This document shows, one piece after another, positions 1 to 12,495 of a stretch of DNA of 32,515 nucleotides. Source of the DNA: Octopus sinensis. Taxonomy: Eukaryota. The DNA lies in the NCBI RefSeq assembly GCF_006345805.1, contig NW_021832823.1, positions 1 through 32,515 on the forward strand, given 5' to 3'. Each line of letters opens with the position of its first letter. The stretch's first letter is position 1. The notes beneath the pieces were generated by a model. The model was not told the DNA's origin, ran no database searches, and saw nothing but the letters and a program-made list of their open reading frames with translations. A program made the translations under genes and the position numbers.

Positions 1-242
1 GAATACGATAGCGATTAGAAATATGCAGAGATGTATGAAACTGTTCTTAGCTCAAATGTAAATGCATGATAATTATATGCATAAACGTGGTGCATGCTGT
101 ATATTCATGAATATGTGTGCGTTGACACTATTATATATTAATACGTACGTTTTTGTTTGCACATAAATATGTGAGTGCTCTCGTGTATATGTGTGAATGC
201 GCATGTTGTGTTTGTGTGCGCGTATATATAGCATTTATCCTT

Positions 243-440
243 TTTCTTTTACTTGCTGGGGCACCATCTTGAATTTTTCGTCGAATGACTCGACCAAGGT
301 CTTTATTTTTAAAGCCCCCTACTTATTCTATGGGTCTCTTTTGCCGAACCGCTAAGTTACGGGAACGGAAACACACCGATACCAATTGTCAAGCGGTGTT
401 GGGGAACAAACACAGATACAAACACACACACGCTAAATAT

Positions 441-489
<49 letters not shown>

Positions 490-570
490 GATGGGCTTCT
501 ATTAGTTTCCGTCTACCAAATCCACTCACAAGGGCTTGGTCGGCCTGAGGCTATAGTAAAAGACACTTGC
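243..570 (-). mobile_element. SINE family A copy, tRNA-like head missing
   Basis: Reverse complement of the family A body (gacacttgc...gcccgtcg-like, (TA)n linker, ttgacaac/gtaacttagcggttcggcaaaagagacc module) seen in nine other copies in the window. Confidence 0.85.
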
Positions 571-589
571 ACTTATGCATATACGCACA

Positions 590-946
590 CATGCACACTT
601 GAATATAATTGAAGAGATAACGACATATTGCTCACACACACACATACATCCACACACACACACAACACACACACTCTCACAAATACATACACACATGCAT
701 ATACTGATAAACATATATGGAAATGCGAACGCATATGTAGATATGCATGCGGAAAAATACACATGCATACATATGCACATAATTACACATACGCACACAT
801 GAATCTACATACGTATCCACTAACCAATGCATGCTCATACACGTGCATATACATAAAAGCAGAAGCAAGTACACACACAAAATGGTATACACACTCACAT
901 TCACACGCTCACATAAACACACACACACACAAACACACACACACAG

Positions 947-982
<36 letters not shown>

Positions 983-1140
983 ATATATATACATACATAC
1001 AAACATACATACATACATACATACATACATACACACATACATATACACACATGAAACACCGGGCACGCACATATACACACACATATATATATATACTGTC
1101 GTATGTATATATATATATATACATACACATACAAACATAC
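590..1140. repeat. Degenerate (CA)n/(TA)n/(TACA)n/(CT)n microsatellite mosaic
   Basis: Direct inspection. It explains the HT/YI-rich ORFs in the track. Confidence 0.9.
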
Positions 1141-1459
1141 ATTTACGCATTTAAGCACATATGCACATATGCATGTACATGTATATGCGGGCAATATCCG
1201 GTTTGATGGATGGCCACAGTGGCATAAACAGGTTGCAAGCTGCATTATTCCCCTGCGTCGAGATCAGAAAAATTCTGGATCCAACTTTAGAAAACTATTC
1301 ATTCATGCACAGGGCATGCATTCCTGTATGCACAAGAATTTACATTTGTTGCCCATACTCCCGTTCCCATGGTGACAAAGGGACATTAAAACAAACGCTG
1401 TGCTCCGTGGTTGTTTCACTCCGCCGGTTAAAACATGCAAGAGAACGAGAGATGGAGAT

Positions 1460-1488
1460 AGACGGACAGATAGGTAGATAGATAGATG

Positions 1489-1561
<73 letters not shown>

Positions 1562-1686
1562 GTAGATAGATAGACAGACAGATAGATGGATGGTAGATAG
1601 ATAAGATAGATAGATAGAGATAGATAGATAATAGATAGATAGATAGATAGATAGATAAATAGATAGACAGATAGATGGATGGATCA

Positions 1687-1751
<65 letters not shown>

Positions 1752-1755
1752 GAGA
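1460..1755. repeat. (GATA)n/(GACA)n tetranucleotide microsatellite
   Basis: Direct inspection. Confidence 0.95.
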
Positions 1756-2214
1756 AAGAGGATGGTGAGATAGAAGGAAAATGGAGGGGGAACAGAACTG
1801 GAGTTGGGTATATGCAATAGCCGATCATCGCGTTGATGGCGCCGACAGTGATTGGTGTGTGTCTATAATGTGATTTCAGTAACCTTCATATTGGCGGTTA
1901 AATTAGGCTTAAAGGACAGAGGTTACGGTTGGCTAGACTGGATCATACGAATACCGAATCGGCTTGCAGCTCCTTTTTATTTTATTGTTGTTGTAGTTTT
2001 ATTGCTATTGTCGTTGTGGTTATCCTCACATGTTGTTGTTGCCGTTCTTATTCTTATATTTTTTTTATTATTTGTGTGTGTGTGTGTGTGTGTGTTTTGT
2101 ATTACGTCTTTGATGGTTGTTTTTTTTTTTGTATCCGTACACCTGAATGTTTTGATTTCGCTAGTGTATTTAAATATTTTGTATATGTGATACCCTTGTG
2201 GCAAAAAAAGAGAA

Positions 2215-2254
<40 letters not shown>

Positions 2255-2804
2255 GCTGTTGTTGTTGTTGTTGTTGCTGTTTATTTTTGTATTCATTTAG
2301 TTATTCGTTTTTTTTTTTCCTCTTCTCTTTTCGCTATGAGATTGCTTCACACTGTGACAACGTTAGAAAGAATGCGATGCGGAGGGGGGGGAAGTGAGAG
2401 ATAGCGTGAAAGAGAAAGAGAGAGGATGAAAGAGAGACAAGATGAAAGAGAGAGAGAGAGAGAGAGAGGTGGGGGGGAGAGAAACATTGAAAGGTTACGA
2501 GAGAGAGACAGAGAGAATTGCGAACAGAGTGATGGAATGTGCAATGGCTGAGTTATATAATGTGTGATTGGAATGGAAAATACAACGATAAAGATGCAGT
2601 AAAAAAGAAGAAAAAAAAGATTGTCGAAGGGGAATACGAGATGTAATGAATTAAAGGTTGAGATTAAGGGATATGGAGTAGGAGGTGAGGGGAAGAGAGA
2701 AGGACAAAAATGTGGCAAAGTTTGTGAAGGGAAACGATCAAGATGGGGAAAAGGATTGGGTGCAACAGAAGGAATTGTTGAACGTAGTCTCTCTCTATCT
2801 CTGC

Positions 2805-3245
<441 letters not shown>

Positions 3246-3282
3246 CTATCTGCCTGTCGTCTGCCTATCTCTCTGTCAAGAT

Positions 3283-3516
3283 CAGAGGTTGTCAACTATA
3301 TTTTTGTCTGTGGACTCCTTTCATTCCTGTTTTTCTCGGGAGGATCCCGTAGCCATTCGATGTTAAAAAACAAAAATCCTATTGTATTTTTATACATAAA
3401 TATTATTTAGGAATTGTATAAAAATTTCTACAATACACAAAATACATTTTGTGTATTGTAGAACTATAACCAATTTATTGCAAATTAATTTTGATCGCAA
3501 AATCTTATATGGACTT
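3283..3516 (+). mobile_element. hAT (Charlie-like) non-autonomous DNA transposon, left end; right end replaced by a SINE
   Basis: Starts CAGAGGTTGTCAAC followed by ttttt...tggactcctttcattcc. This resembles the CAGGGGTTCTCAAC...TGGACCCC pattern of Charlie-type hAT ends. The matching right TIR is not visible. Confidence 0.5.
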
Positions 3517-3743
3517 CCACATGGTTCCGGGTTCAGTCGAACCGACCAAAGCCTGGTGAGTGGATTTGGGAGACGGAAACAGAAAGAAGCCCGTCGTATA
3601 TATATATATATATATATACGACGGGCTTCTTTACGGGGACGTAAACACACCAGCATCGGTTGTCAAGCGATGTTAGGGAGACAAACACAGACAATCATAT
3701 ACACACAATCATATACACGCACACACACACACACCACACCACA

Positions 3744-3788
<45 letters not shown>

Positions 3789-4032
3789 GTGTGTGTGTGT
3801 TGTGTGGTGTGTGTGTGTGTATGTTGGCGTGTATATGATTGTGTGTCTGTGTTTGTCTCCCTAACATCGCTTGACAACCGATGCTGGTGTGTTTACGTCC
3901 CCGTAACCTAGCGGTTCTGGAAAAGAGACCGATAAGATAAGTACTAGGCTTACAAAGAATAAGTCCTGGAGTCGATTTGCTCGACTAAAAGTGGTGCTCC
4001 AGCATGGCCGCAGTCAAATGACTGAAACAAGT
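3517..4032 (+). mobile_element. SINE family A copy with internal double inversion
   Basis: B-box ggttccgggttcagtc, then ccgaccaaagcc...agaagcccgtcg, then the 3' module ending gcagtcaaatgactgaaacaag. Internal inverted duplication at 3619-3906. Confidence 0.92.
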
Positions 4033-4291
4033 GCTAGATAAATAAATCAGATAAATAAATCGATCGATAGATAGATACGTCAGTAAGACAGACAGATGAA
4101 CTTGTTGATTGATACGCAAATAGCTTGACAGATAGACAGATAGATATCAGAAATATAGATATAGCTACTTAGATTGATAAAAATTTGGATAGATGGAACG
4201 ATAGATAAATACAAATAGAAACCAAGAGTGGATTTCGAGAAAACAGAAAGCTAGAAAGATAGATTGACAGATAGGTAGGTCAGGAAATAAG

Positions 4292-4700
4292 TACTCTTTT
4301 ACTCTTTTACTTGTTTCAGTCATGTGATTGTGGCTATGCTGGTGCACCGCCTTTAGTCGAGCAAATCGACCCCAGAACTTATTCTTTGTAAGCCTAGTAC
4401 TTATTATATCGGTGTCTTTTGCCGAACCGCTAAGTTACGGCGAAGTATACACACAAGCATCGGTTGTCAAACGATGTTGGGGCGACAAACACAGACTCAC
4501 AAACATATACACACACATACACATACATATACATATATACGACGGGCTTCTCTCGGTTTCCGTCTACCAAATCCACTCACAAGGATTTTGTCGGCCCGAG
4601 GCTATAGTAGAAGACACTTTCCCAAGGTGCCACGCAGTGGAAATGAACCCGGAACTATGTGGTTGGTAAGCAAGCTACTTACCACACAGCCACTCATGGG

Positions 4701-4701
<1 letters not shown>
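4292..4701 (-). mobile_element. SINE family A, near full length
   Basis: Head with A-box-like agtggctgtgtggtaag and B-box-like gttccgggttc, ccttgggaaagtgtcttctactatagcc core, and a (TAAAAGAG)n tail on the minus strand. Confidence 0.93.
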
Positions 4702-4765
<64 letters not shown>

Positions 4766-4927
4766 CCATATAATATTATACATACATATATGTATATGCA
4801 TACACACACACACACATATATATATAATATATATATATATATATAACATATATTGTATATATATATATATATACATATATCTGTATATGTATATATATAT
4901 ATATATATTATATAATATATATATGTC

Positions 4928-4965
<38 letters not shown>

Positions 4966-5160
4966 TATATATATGCATGTATGTTGTCTATATGTATATA
5001 TACTTCAGGAACAATATATATGTAAGCTCTCACACACATGTATATGAGTGTGTACACATACATACATTGTGTGTATGTGTTTGTGCGTGTGTGTGTGTGT
5101 GTGTCTGTTTGTCTGTGCGTGTGTGTGTGTGTATGCGTGTGTGTGTGTGTGTGCGTGTGA
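4702..5160. repeat. (TA)n/(TG)n microsatellite mosaic
   Basis: Direct inspection. Confidence 0.9.
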
Positions 5161-5599
5161 AACCCCCCCCAAAAAATTAGAGAAAAATATATAAAAGTCT
5201 TACAGAACATTTCAACAAATAACAAATAACAAATATCAGAAAAATAATAGGGAAAAAAAAAGTACAAAAACCTGACAACTAGAATCATGATGATCTGGAA
5301 AACGACAGGATGTAGTGTAGAAACTAAAAGCTGATGGGTGCAGCCTTAGGGGAAAGCACTGATGCTTAGTGAAGCTCAGCGTATCCGGTTTCGTTCTACT
5401 CTGACGCTGTAGTCGATTACAGGTAACTAAAACAACCCAAGCCAAACCTTCTTATTTGGTACACCCCACCTTATATTATTATCTCCTCAACAGATAGTAT
5501 TTCATTCCGTTTTTTTTTTTACTGTCTGCCTTATTTTACTTATACACTTCCTCTTTTTTCTCCAGTGCGCTCGCATACACGTAATCACTTGCACAAGCA

Positions 5600-5653
5600 C
5601 ACGGAGACAAAGATATATCTTTATATGCTTATACTTATCTATATGTATATGGT

Positions 5654-5703
<50 letters not shown>

Positions 5704-6038
5704 ATAATATGTGTGTATATATAATATGTATATATATATATGTACACATATATATATATAGATACATATATAGATACGTATGTATATACATATATATAGA
5801 TGTACACAAATATACATATATATATTATACATATATACGCATGCATTTACATACAAGTGTATGCATATATATATATATATACATATACATATATGCTTAT
5901 GTATATATATATATATATGTACATATATACATATACAGATATTGATATATATTTAAACATATACATATATATATTTGCACATTATCATATATACATAATA
6001 TATATATATATATATGTATGTGTATGTATATGCATGTA

Positions 6039-6074
<36 letters not shown>

Positions 6075-7130
6075 TGTATGCATATGTATGTATGCATATG
6101 TATGTATATATATAAGTCTGTATATGTATGTATATGTATCTATATATATATGTATGTATGCATACGTATGTACATATATATATATATATATGTCTGTATA
6201 TGTATGCATATGTATGTATATATATGTCTGTATATGTATGTATATGTATCTATATATATATATATGTATGTATGTATATGTATGTATATGCTTATGTATG
6301 TATATATATATATATATAAATATATACATCAAACATATATCAAAACGTATCTAATTTGTAGAAACGTACAACTGCAATGGTATTACATCCAACACCCACC
6401 TCTCTCTCTCCCTCTCTGTCACAGACAAACATACACACATTCCCGCACATACACACATACATACACACACATACACACACACACACTGTATTTATCAATC
6501 TCGTTTTTCCCTTTTCCTTGAAATTACACCATCACATCCTTTTTTTCGTAATCCCTCACAATTTTTATCGTTTTCTACATCATCCTTCTTATATACACAC
6601 GCACACACATCCACACACATACACACACACACCACACACACACATACACATACACATGCACACACAAACACACATGCACAGCGCACACAGACATGAATGC
6701 AGAGATACGGGTGTGCCAGCGTGCGCGTATGCGTGTACGTATGCCACGTATGTACGCGTATATATGTATATGGAGAGACTGAGACACGTGCATGCGTTCT
6801 ACATCCACACTGTCTCACTCAATCACACAACGTCTCTATTTCACCACTCTCTCTCTCCCTCTTTCTTTCTTTCTTTCTTTCTTTCTCTTTCTCTCTATCT
6901 CTCTGTCTCTTTCTACCTTTCGCTATCTCACACCTTCATGCACAGTTTCGTCCGAATGGTTCATTCACTCTGAATTGTTTTCTGTCTCTCTCTCATATTC
7001 TGTTCTCTCTCTCTCTCTCTGTGTCGCTCTCCCTCTCTGTGTCTCTCTCCCTCTCTCTCTCTCTTGCTTGCTTTCTCTTTCAATCTCCATTTCTCCTTAT
7101 TTACCATATATTCTCTCTGTCTGTCTCTCT
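5600..7130. repeat. Long degenerate (TA)/(TATG)/(CA)/(CT) microsatellite field
   Basis: Direct inspection. It generates the YI/CM/HT/SL-rich ORFs. Confidence 0.85.
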
Positions 7131-7215
7131 ATAAACCAATCTATCTTCCCTTCAGATTGTACCATCATTCAACGTTATCCTCTAGCGCCGTCTAACTTTA
7201 GGTATCTATTTATTT

Positions 7216-7358
7216 AGGCGTAGGAGTGGCAGTGTATAGGCATAGAAGTGGCTTGCTTACGAACCACTTGGTTCCGGGTTCAGTTCCATTGCGGGCACCT
7301 TGGGCAAGTGTCTTCTACTATAGCCTCGGGCCGACCAAAGCCTTGTGAGTGGAGGTAG
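7216..7358 (+). mobile_element. SINE family A, 5' part only (head and core)
   Basis: aggcgtaggagtggc...ggttccgggttcag...caccttgggcaagtgtcttctactatagcctcgggccgaccaaagccttgtgagtgga, followed by unrelated AT-rich sequence. Confidence 0.9.
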
Positions 7359-7547
7359 AAAATGCTAAAATAATTTTATAAAAAACATTTCAGTACCGGT
7401 TTCAGTCATTGAGACTTTTTGAACTGTAAGTATGGAAAACAATACAAATTTTGGAAACATTAAAAGAAAAGTTTTTAAAAGAATATTTGCATAGTGTTCA
7501 AATACAAGTGGCATCTTCCTTGTTTCTGTCTCTCTTGTTTACTCTTG

Positions 7548-7582
<35 letters not shown>

Positions 7583-8219
7583 GTTTATATGCATACCAGA
7601 CCTGTCTATTTATACATAAGTTGATATGTGTGTGCGCATGCGTGTGTATATATATATCCGTATGTATACATGTGTACCGAAGCTTGTACAAGCATTAAGA
7701 TGGTGGGAATTTGAATGTTAAAGAAAGACAGTACATTTGTGTATCTATCCAGAAATCTATTAAGCCATTATCAGCGTATGTGTATATGCGTTTAGGTGAA
7801 TTCATAGCACAGTATACAGGAGGTAGATGTCTAAGTGCCTACTAATGCCCTGTTCAATATAGATAGGGTGTAATGGCGGAAATTAGCTCGTTAACATCTG
7901 GATTATTGTAAGTTGCTATCACGTGATGTGAAAGACATGGCCTTCCTGGTTTATCGATGCCAATCTTAATCATACGTAATGTAACTTTGGACAGTTCTTA
8001 ATATACATTTAGGCTTTCACATCTAGTCCTTTCTATCTAAGGTATAGGTTTATTGCGTGTTTGATTCGATCTGCAGAGTAATCGTTCGATTAGGGATTAG
8101 AATCACCTATTCAGATAGAAGTAACGAAACGAAACAAAATGTAAAAAAGAACACATAAAAAAACATAAAAAATTAACACAAAACTGAATAATGGGAGTTT
8201 ATTCTACTTGCGTGAATGA

Positions 8220-8300
8220 TTTCTTCTTCTTCTTCTTCTTCTTTCTTCTTCTTCTTCTTCTTTCTTCTTCTTCTTCTTCTTCTCTTCTTCTTCTTCTCAT
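8220..8300. repeat. (TTC)n trinucleotide microsatellite
   Basis: Direct inspection. Confidence 0.9.
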
Positions 8301-8880
8301 AGTTGTTGTTGTTTTCCTTGTTTTTGCTGCTGTTGCAGCTATTTCTTTTCATTTTTTAGTATTTTATTTCCATTTCAATTTTTTTTTTATTCACTGCTTT
8401 CGCATTTTTGTTTTCAGTTTTGATTTAATTATTTATTTCATATATTGTTCTCACAAAAAAAAAAAAAAACTCCAAATTTTTATTATAATTTATTTTTTCT
8501 ATTTTACATATATATGAAAAATTAAGTATCCTATCACGTAAAAGATGATGGAAATTGTTGTTGTCACGGACCCTAAGGATCGACTACCATTGGCCGGTGG
8601 GGAAACCTTCAGGACTGTGCAACGTATGAAGTATCCTTTGGAAAACGGAGAGTGTGTTTGCGAGAGCTACGATGGTAGGTAAATGAATGCCACCCAGTTT
8701 TGGGCAGTTGGCGATTATTATCCAAGCGTAGTAGGCTTTCTACGTGGCTAATTGCATGGCTAACTGCAATGCATGTCACTAAATCACTTGAGGACTTGTG
8801 AGGTTGAATTTTTACGCGAAATATGCTGCACCAATTCATTCAGTCAGTCATCTAGCGATCCATGCATCAATCCACCAGTG

Positions 8881-8928
<48 letters not shown>

Positions 8929-8964
8929 ACGCACACACACAAATACACATACACACACACGCAC

Positions 8965-9104
8965 AGAGGAGGCGTGGCTGTGTGGTAAGAAGCTTGCTTC
9001 CAAAACTCATGGCTCCGGGAGAGTGTCTTCTACTACAGCATTGGGCAGACCAGATCTTTGTGAGCGGATTAGGCAGACATAAAACTGAGAGAAGCCCGTC
9101 GTGT

Positions 9105-9149
<45 letters not shown>

Positions 9150-9400
9150 CGCATGTATGTATATATGTATATATATCTATGTGTGTGTGTCCTTGTGTTT
9201 GTGTTTGTTCACACCCATCACTGCTTGACAACCGGTGTTGGTGTGATTATGTCTCCGTAACATGGAGGTTCAGCTAAAGAGACTGATAGGATTAGAATTA
9301 GGCTTAAAAATAAGTCCTGTGGTCGATGTATCCTACTAAAACCCCTCAAGGCCGTGCTCCAGCATGGCCGCAGTCAAATGGCTGAAACAAATAAAAGAGT
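8965..9400 (+). mobile_element. SINE family A, diverged, with a deletion in the head
   Basis: gtggctgtgtggtaagaagcttgcttcc head, agaagcccgtcg-(TA)n linker, and gtgctccagcatggccgcagtcaaatggctgaaac tail. Confidence 0.9.
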
Positions 9401-9611
9401 AGTAATATATATATATATATATATAATATATATATATATATACATACATTCATACACACACGCACATACATACATATATGTATACATAGATGCAGTCATT
9501 CATGCATACATACATACATACATACATACATACTGCATACATACATACATACATACATACATACATACATACATACATACATGCATGCATACATACATAC
9601 ATATATACGTA

Positions 9612-9836
9612 ACGCTCTTATCCCTACCCTGTAGCACTCATTAGAGACCCATTTAATGCATGTTGTGGATCATATTCTGATGAGTCAAGTAGCATCATGT
9701 CGTCTGCAAATATCACCCAACCGATCCTATACTTATGAACCGCGATTCCACTTCCACAACAACATATAAATCCAGTTAAAGAAAATTATGAAAAAGAGGA
9801 ATGGCAATACACATCCCTGTTGAAAGCCACACTCAG
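9612..9836 (-). mobile_element. RTE-clade LINE reverse transcriptase fragment (inverted segment)
   Basis: Manual minus-strand translation, with frameshifts: GFQQGCVLPFLFFIIFFNWI ... FADDMMLLDSSEYDPQHALN ... NECYRVGIR. This matches the RT motifs GxxQGC and (Y/F)ADD followed by the RTE-type DLQHAL. Confidence 0.8.
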
Positions 9837-10105
9837 AAGAGAGGAGGTTGGTAAAAGAGTCAAACTCACAGTCCACAGGTCAGTTTACGTGATTATCCTT
9901 ACCTATAGTCATAGATAATGGGTTATGACCAAAATAGTACGATCACGAATTCAAGTGGCCGAAATGGGGTTGATCGTTTTTTATGTCAAGTTCTACACAA
10001 GGGCAATTACTTGTGAGTTCTTAGTGGAGTCCATGTTTTTTAAAATGTTTACATGAAAAGGACCAACTGTGACTTGCATGTTTCGGCCTGTTTACCTTCT
10101 CATGA
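9837..10105 (+). mobile_element. RTE-clade LINE ORF, C-terminal fragment (forward segment)
   Basis: Plus-strand translation EVGKRVKLTVHRSVYVIILTYSHR*WVMTKIVRSRIQVAEMGL. It resembles the post-RT region of Expander/Rex3-type RTEs (K..KL..Y..I..P.LTYG.E.W.MT...RSRIQAAEM.FL), recalled from knowledge of the family. Confidence 0.75.
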
Positions 10106-10147
10106 CACTCGATTATGCTTGTTTACGATAATATATCAAAGAACAAA

Positions 10148-10692
10148 GGCGGCGAGCTGGCAGAAACGTTAGCACGCCAGGTGAAATGCGTAGCCGTATT
10201 TCGTCTGCCGTTACGTTCAGAGTTCAAATTCCGCCGAGGTCGACTTTGCCTTTCATCCTTTCGGGGTCGATAAACTAAGTACTAGTTGCGTACTGGGGTC
10301 GATCTAAACAACTTCCCCAACTTACCAAAAATTTCGGGCCGTATTTCGTCTGCCGTTACGTTCAGAGTTCAAATTCCGCCGAGGTCGACTCTGCCTTTCA
10401 TCCTTTCGGGGTCGATTAAATAAGTACCAGTTATGCACTGGGGTCGATATAATCAACTTAATCTGTTTGTCTGTCCTTGTTTGTTCCCTCTGTGTCTAGC
10501 CCCTTGTGGGTAGTAAAGAAATAGGTATTCCGTCCATCTTCACGTTCTGGGTTCAAATTTCGCCGTGGTCGACTTTGCCTTCCATCCTTTCGGGGTCAAT
10601 TAAATAAGTTCCAGTTACGGACTGAGATCAATGTAATCGACTTACCCTCTCGCCCGAATTTCAGGCCTCGTTCCTAAAAACAGAAATAATCA
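10148..10692 (+). mobile_element. SINE family B (Deu/Nin domain), one head plus three tandem bodies
   Basis: Head ggcggcgagctggcagaaacgttagc, B-box gagttcaaattcc, and Nin-like core gcctttcatcctttcggggtcgat..aagtaccag. Units start at 10196, 10341 and 10525. Confidence 0.92.
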
Positions 10693-11319
10693 TAGTTGCT
10701 TTAACAGTGAACCGTTTGAAAAGAGAAAATGATGATGTATTAGCTAATTATTGGTTATCTGTACCCTAAAGAATACTCTCGTGGCTCAAGAACCGAGATC
10801 GAATCCTGTCACACGCCAAAGATATAATCAATTAAATACTATCTTTTTGGAAGCTGCTAAACATCAAACAATCTCCTAAAAACGAGGGTTCAATTCTCTT
10901 TGGATTTTAAAGCGATAACCACAATGTCTAAGGCAAAACATGTGCCAAGACGTCATATCACGTGACATGAAGTAACGTTAATGAATCACCAGTTAAATGG
11001 CTGTGTCACATGTAAAACTTCATATCCCATTATGGTAATCACTATTATTGCTTCCATCTCATTTGGTAATAACTTCCGCATCTGCGATATTCTCATCACT
11101 TTTTCCATCCCTCCCACTCACTCAGCTACTCTCTCTTCGTTCTCTTTTTTCCCTCTCTATGCTACCACACACACACACACACATATGCACATGCACACAT
11201 GCATACACACGCATACGCATGCGTATACTCAGAGATTAATACAAGCATGCTTCTGCATTTCCGCCTTGTCCATTTATTTTGATCCATGCGAACCCCAGTT
11301 CTCTCAAAACTCTGATCGT

Positions 11320-11433
11320 CAATAATAACTATGAAGATGACGGCGACGACGACGACGACGACGATGATGATGGTAATGATGATCATGTTGCTGGTGTTGG
11401 TGCTGCTGCTGATGATGATATTGATGACAACAA

Positions 11434-11466
<33 letters not shown>

Positions 11467-11827
11467 AAATGAAGATGAAGATAACTACGAAGATGATGAT
11501 GATGGTCATCATCATCCTAATCAACACCACCACCACCACCACCACCACCACCACCACAACCACCACCATCATCATCGTTGTCATCGTCATCATTATCGTT
11601 TTTCTCCTCCTCCTCAACATCATTACCACTATGATATCATGATGATGATGATGATAATGCTAACGATCAGTATAAATATAATGAGTATGATGATGATAAT
11701 CATCATCATTATCCCCATCATCATCATCAGCAGCAGCAGCATCAGCAGCATCATCAACATCATCATCATCTTCACCACCACTACCACCACTATCATCATC
11801 ATCACCACCACCACCACCCACCACCAC

Positions 11828-11862
<35 letters not shown>

Positions 11863-12060
11863 CAGTCATCACTCATTATGTTAGACAGTCCATCATTAAC
11901 TGCAACGTCTCCGTCGTCTTCGTTTATCATCAACACCACTACTGTTGCCACCACCACCACCACCACCACCACCATCATCATCATGATCACCATAATAATC
12001 ACCAACACCGCCAGCACCACCACACTGTTATCCTATAACCGTCATCGCTGTCGTCGTCGT
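11320..12060. repeat. Phase-coherent mosaic of trinucleotide repeats (GAT, GAC, GCT, CAC, CAT)
   Basis: Direct inspection. Confidence 0.85.
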
Positions 12061-12119
12061 GAGTAACATCCTCATTATTTCTCCAAACTGTATCTCCTTT
12101 CACCGGTGTTAACCAATCT

Positions 12120-12315
12120 TGCCACCACCACCACCACCACCACCACCACCACCACCACCACCACCACCACCACCACCACCACCACCACCACCACCACCAC
12201 CACCGCCGCCACCACCACCACCACCACCACCGCCAGCGCCGCCATCACCGCCATCGCCACCACCACCACCACCGCCAGCGCCGCCATCACCGCCATCGCC
12301 ACCACCACCGCCCAG
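12120..12315. repeat. (CAC)n microsatellite with a duplicated higher-order unit
   Basis: A pure (CAC)n run, then two copies of (cac)n-cgccagcgccgccatcaccgccatcgc. Confidence 0.9.
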
Positions 12316-12495
12316 ATTATCCTGATTGACGCTCTCACTATTCATCCATCCATCCATCCATCAACCATCCGTACTACACCAACACGAACAAACCAAAGAC
12401 AGAAATAAGGAGCACATGAAGAAAGCAACGACCCAGCATGTAAGCTTGACTCGACCTGCTTCAAACAGCAGTTGAATTCCATCCTCTAAGAATGC

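Noticed and set aside
5236-5445. Exon near the CAG|GTAACT donor-like site
   Set aside because: All plus frames from the nearest plausible acceptor contain stops, and the minus ORF has no recognisable features.
9670-9720. CTGATGAG as a hammerhead core
   Set aside because: No stem II or GAAA follows. It is the antisense of the RT FADD region.
12109-12357. Poly-Gly/poly-Pro/poly-Thr ORFs (formin- or extensin-like)
   Set aside because: Pure (CAC)n repeat with no flanking domain or splice context.
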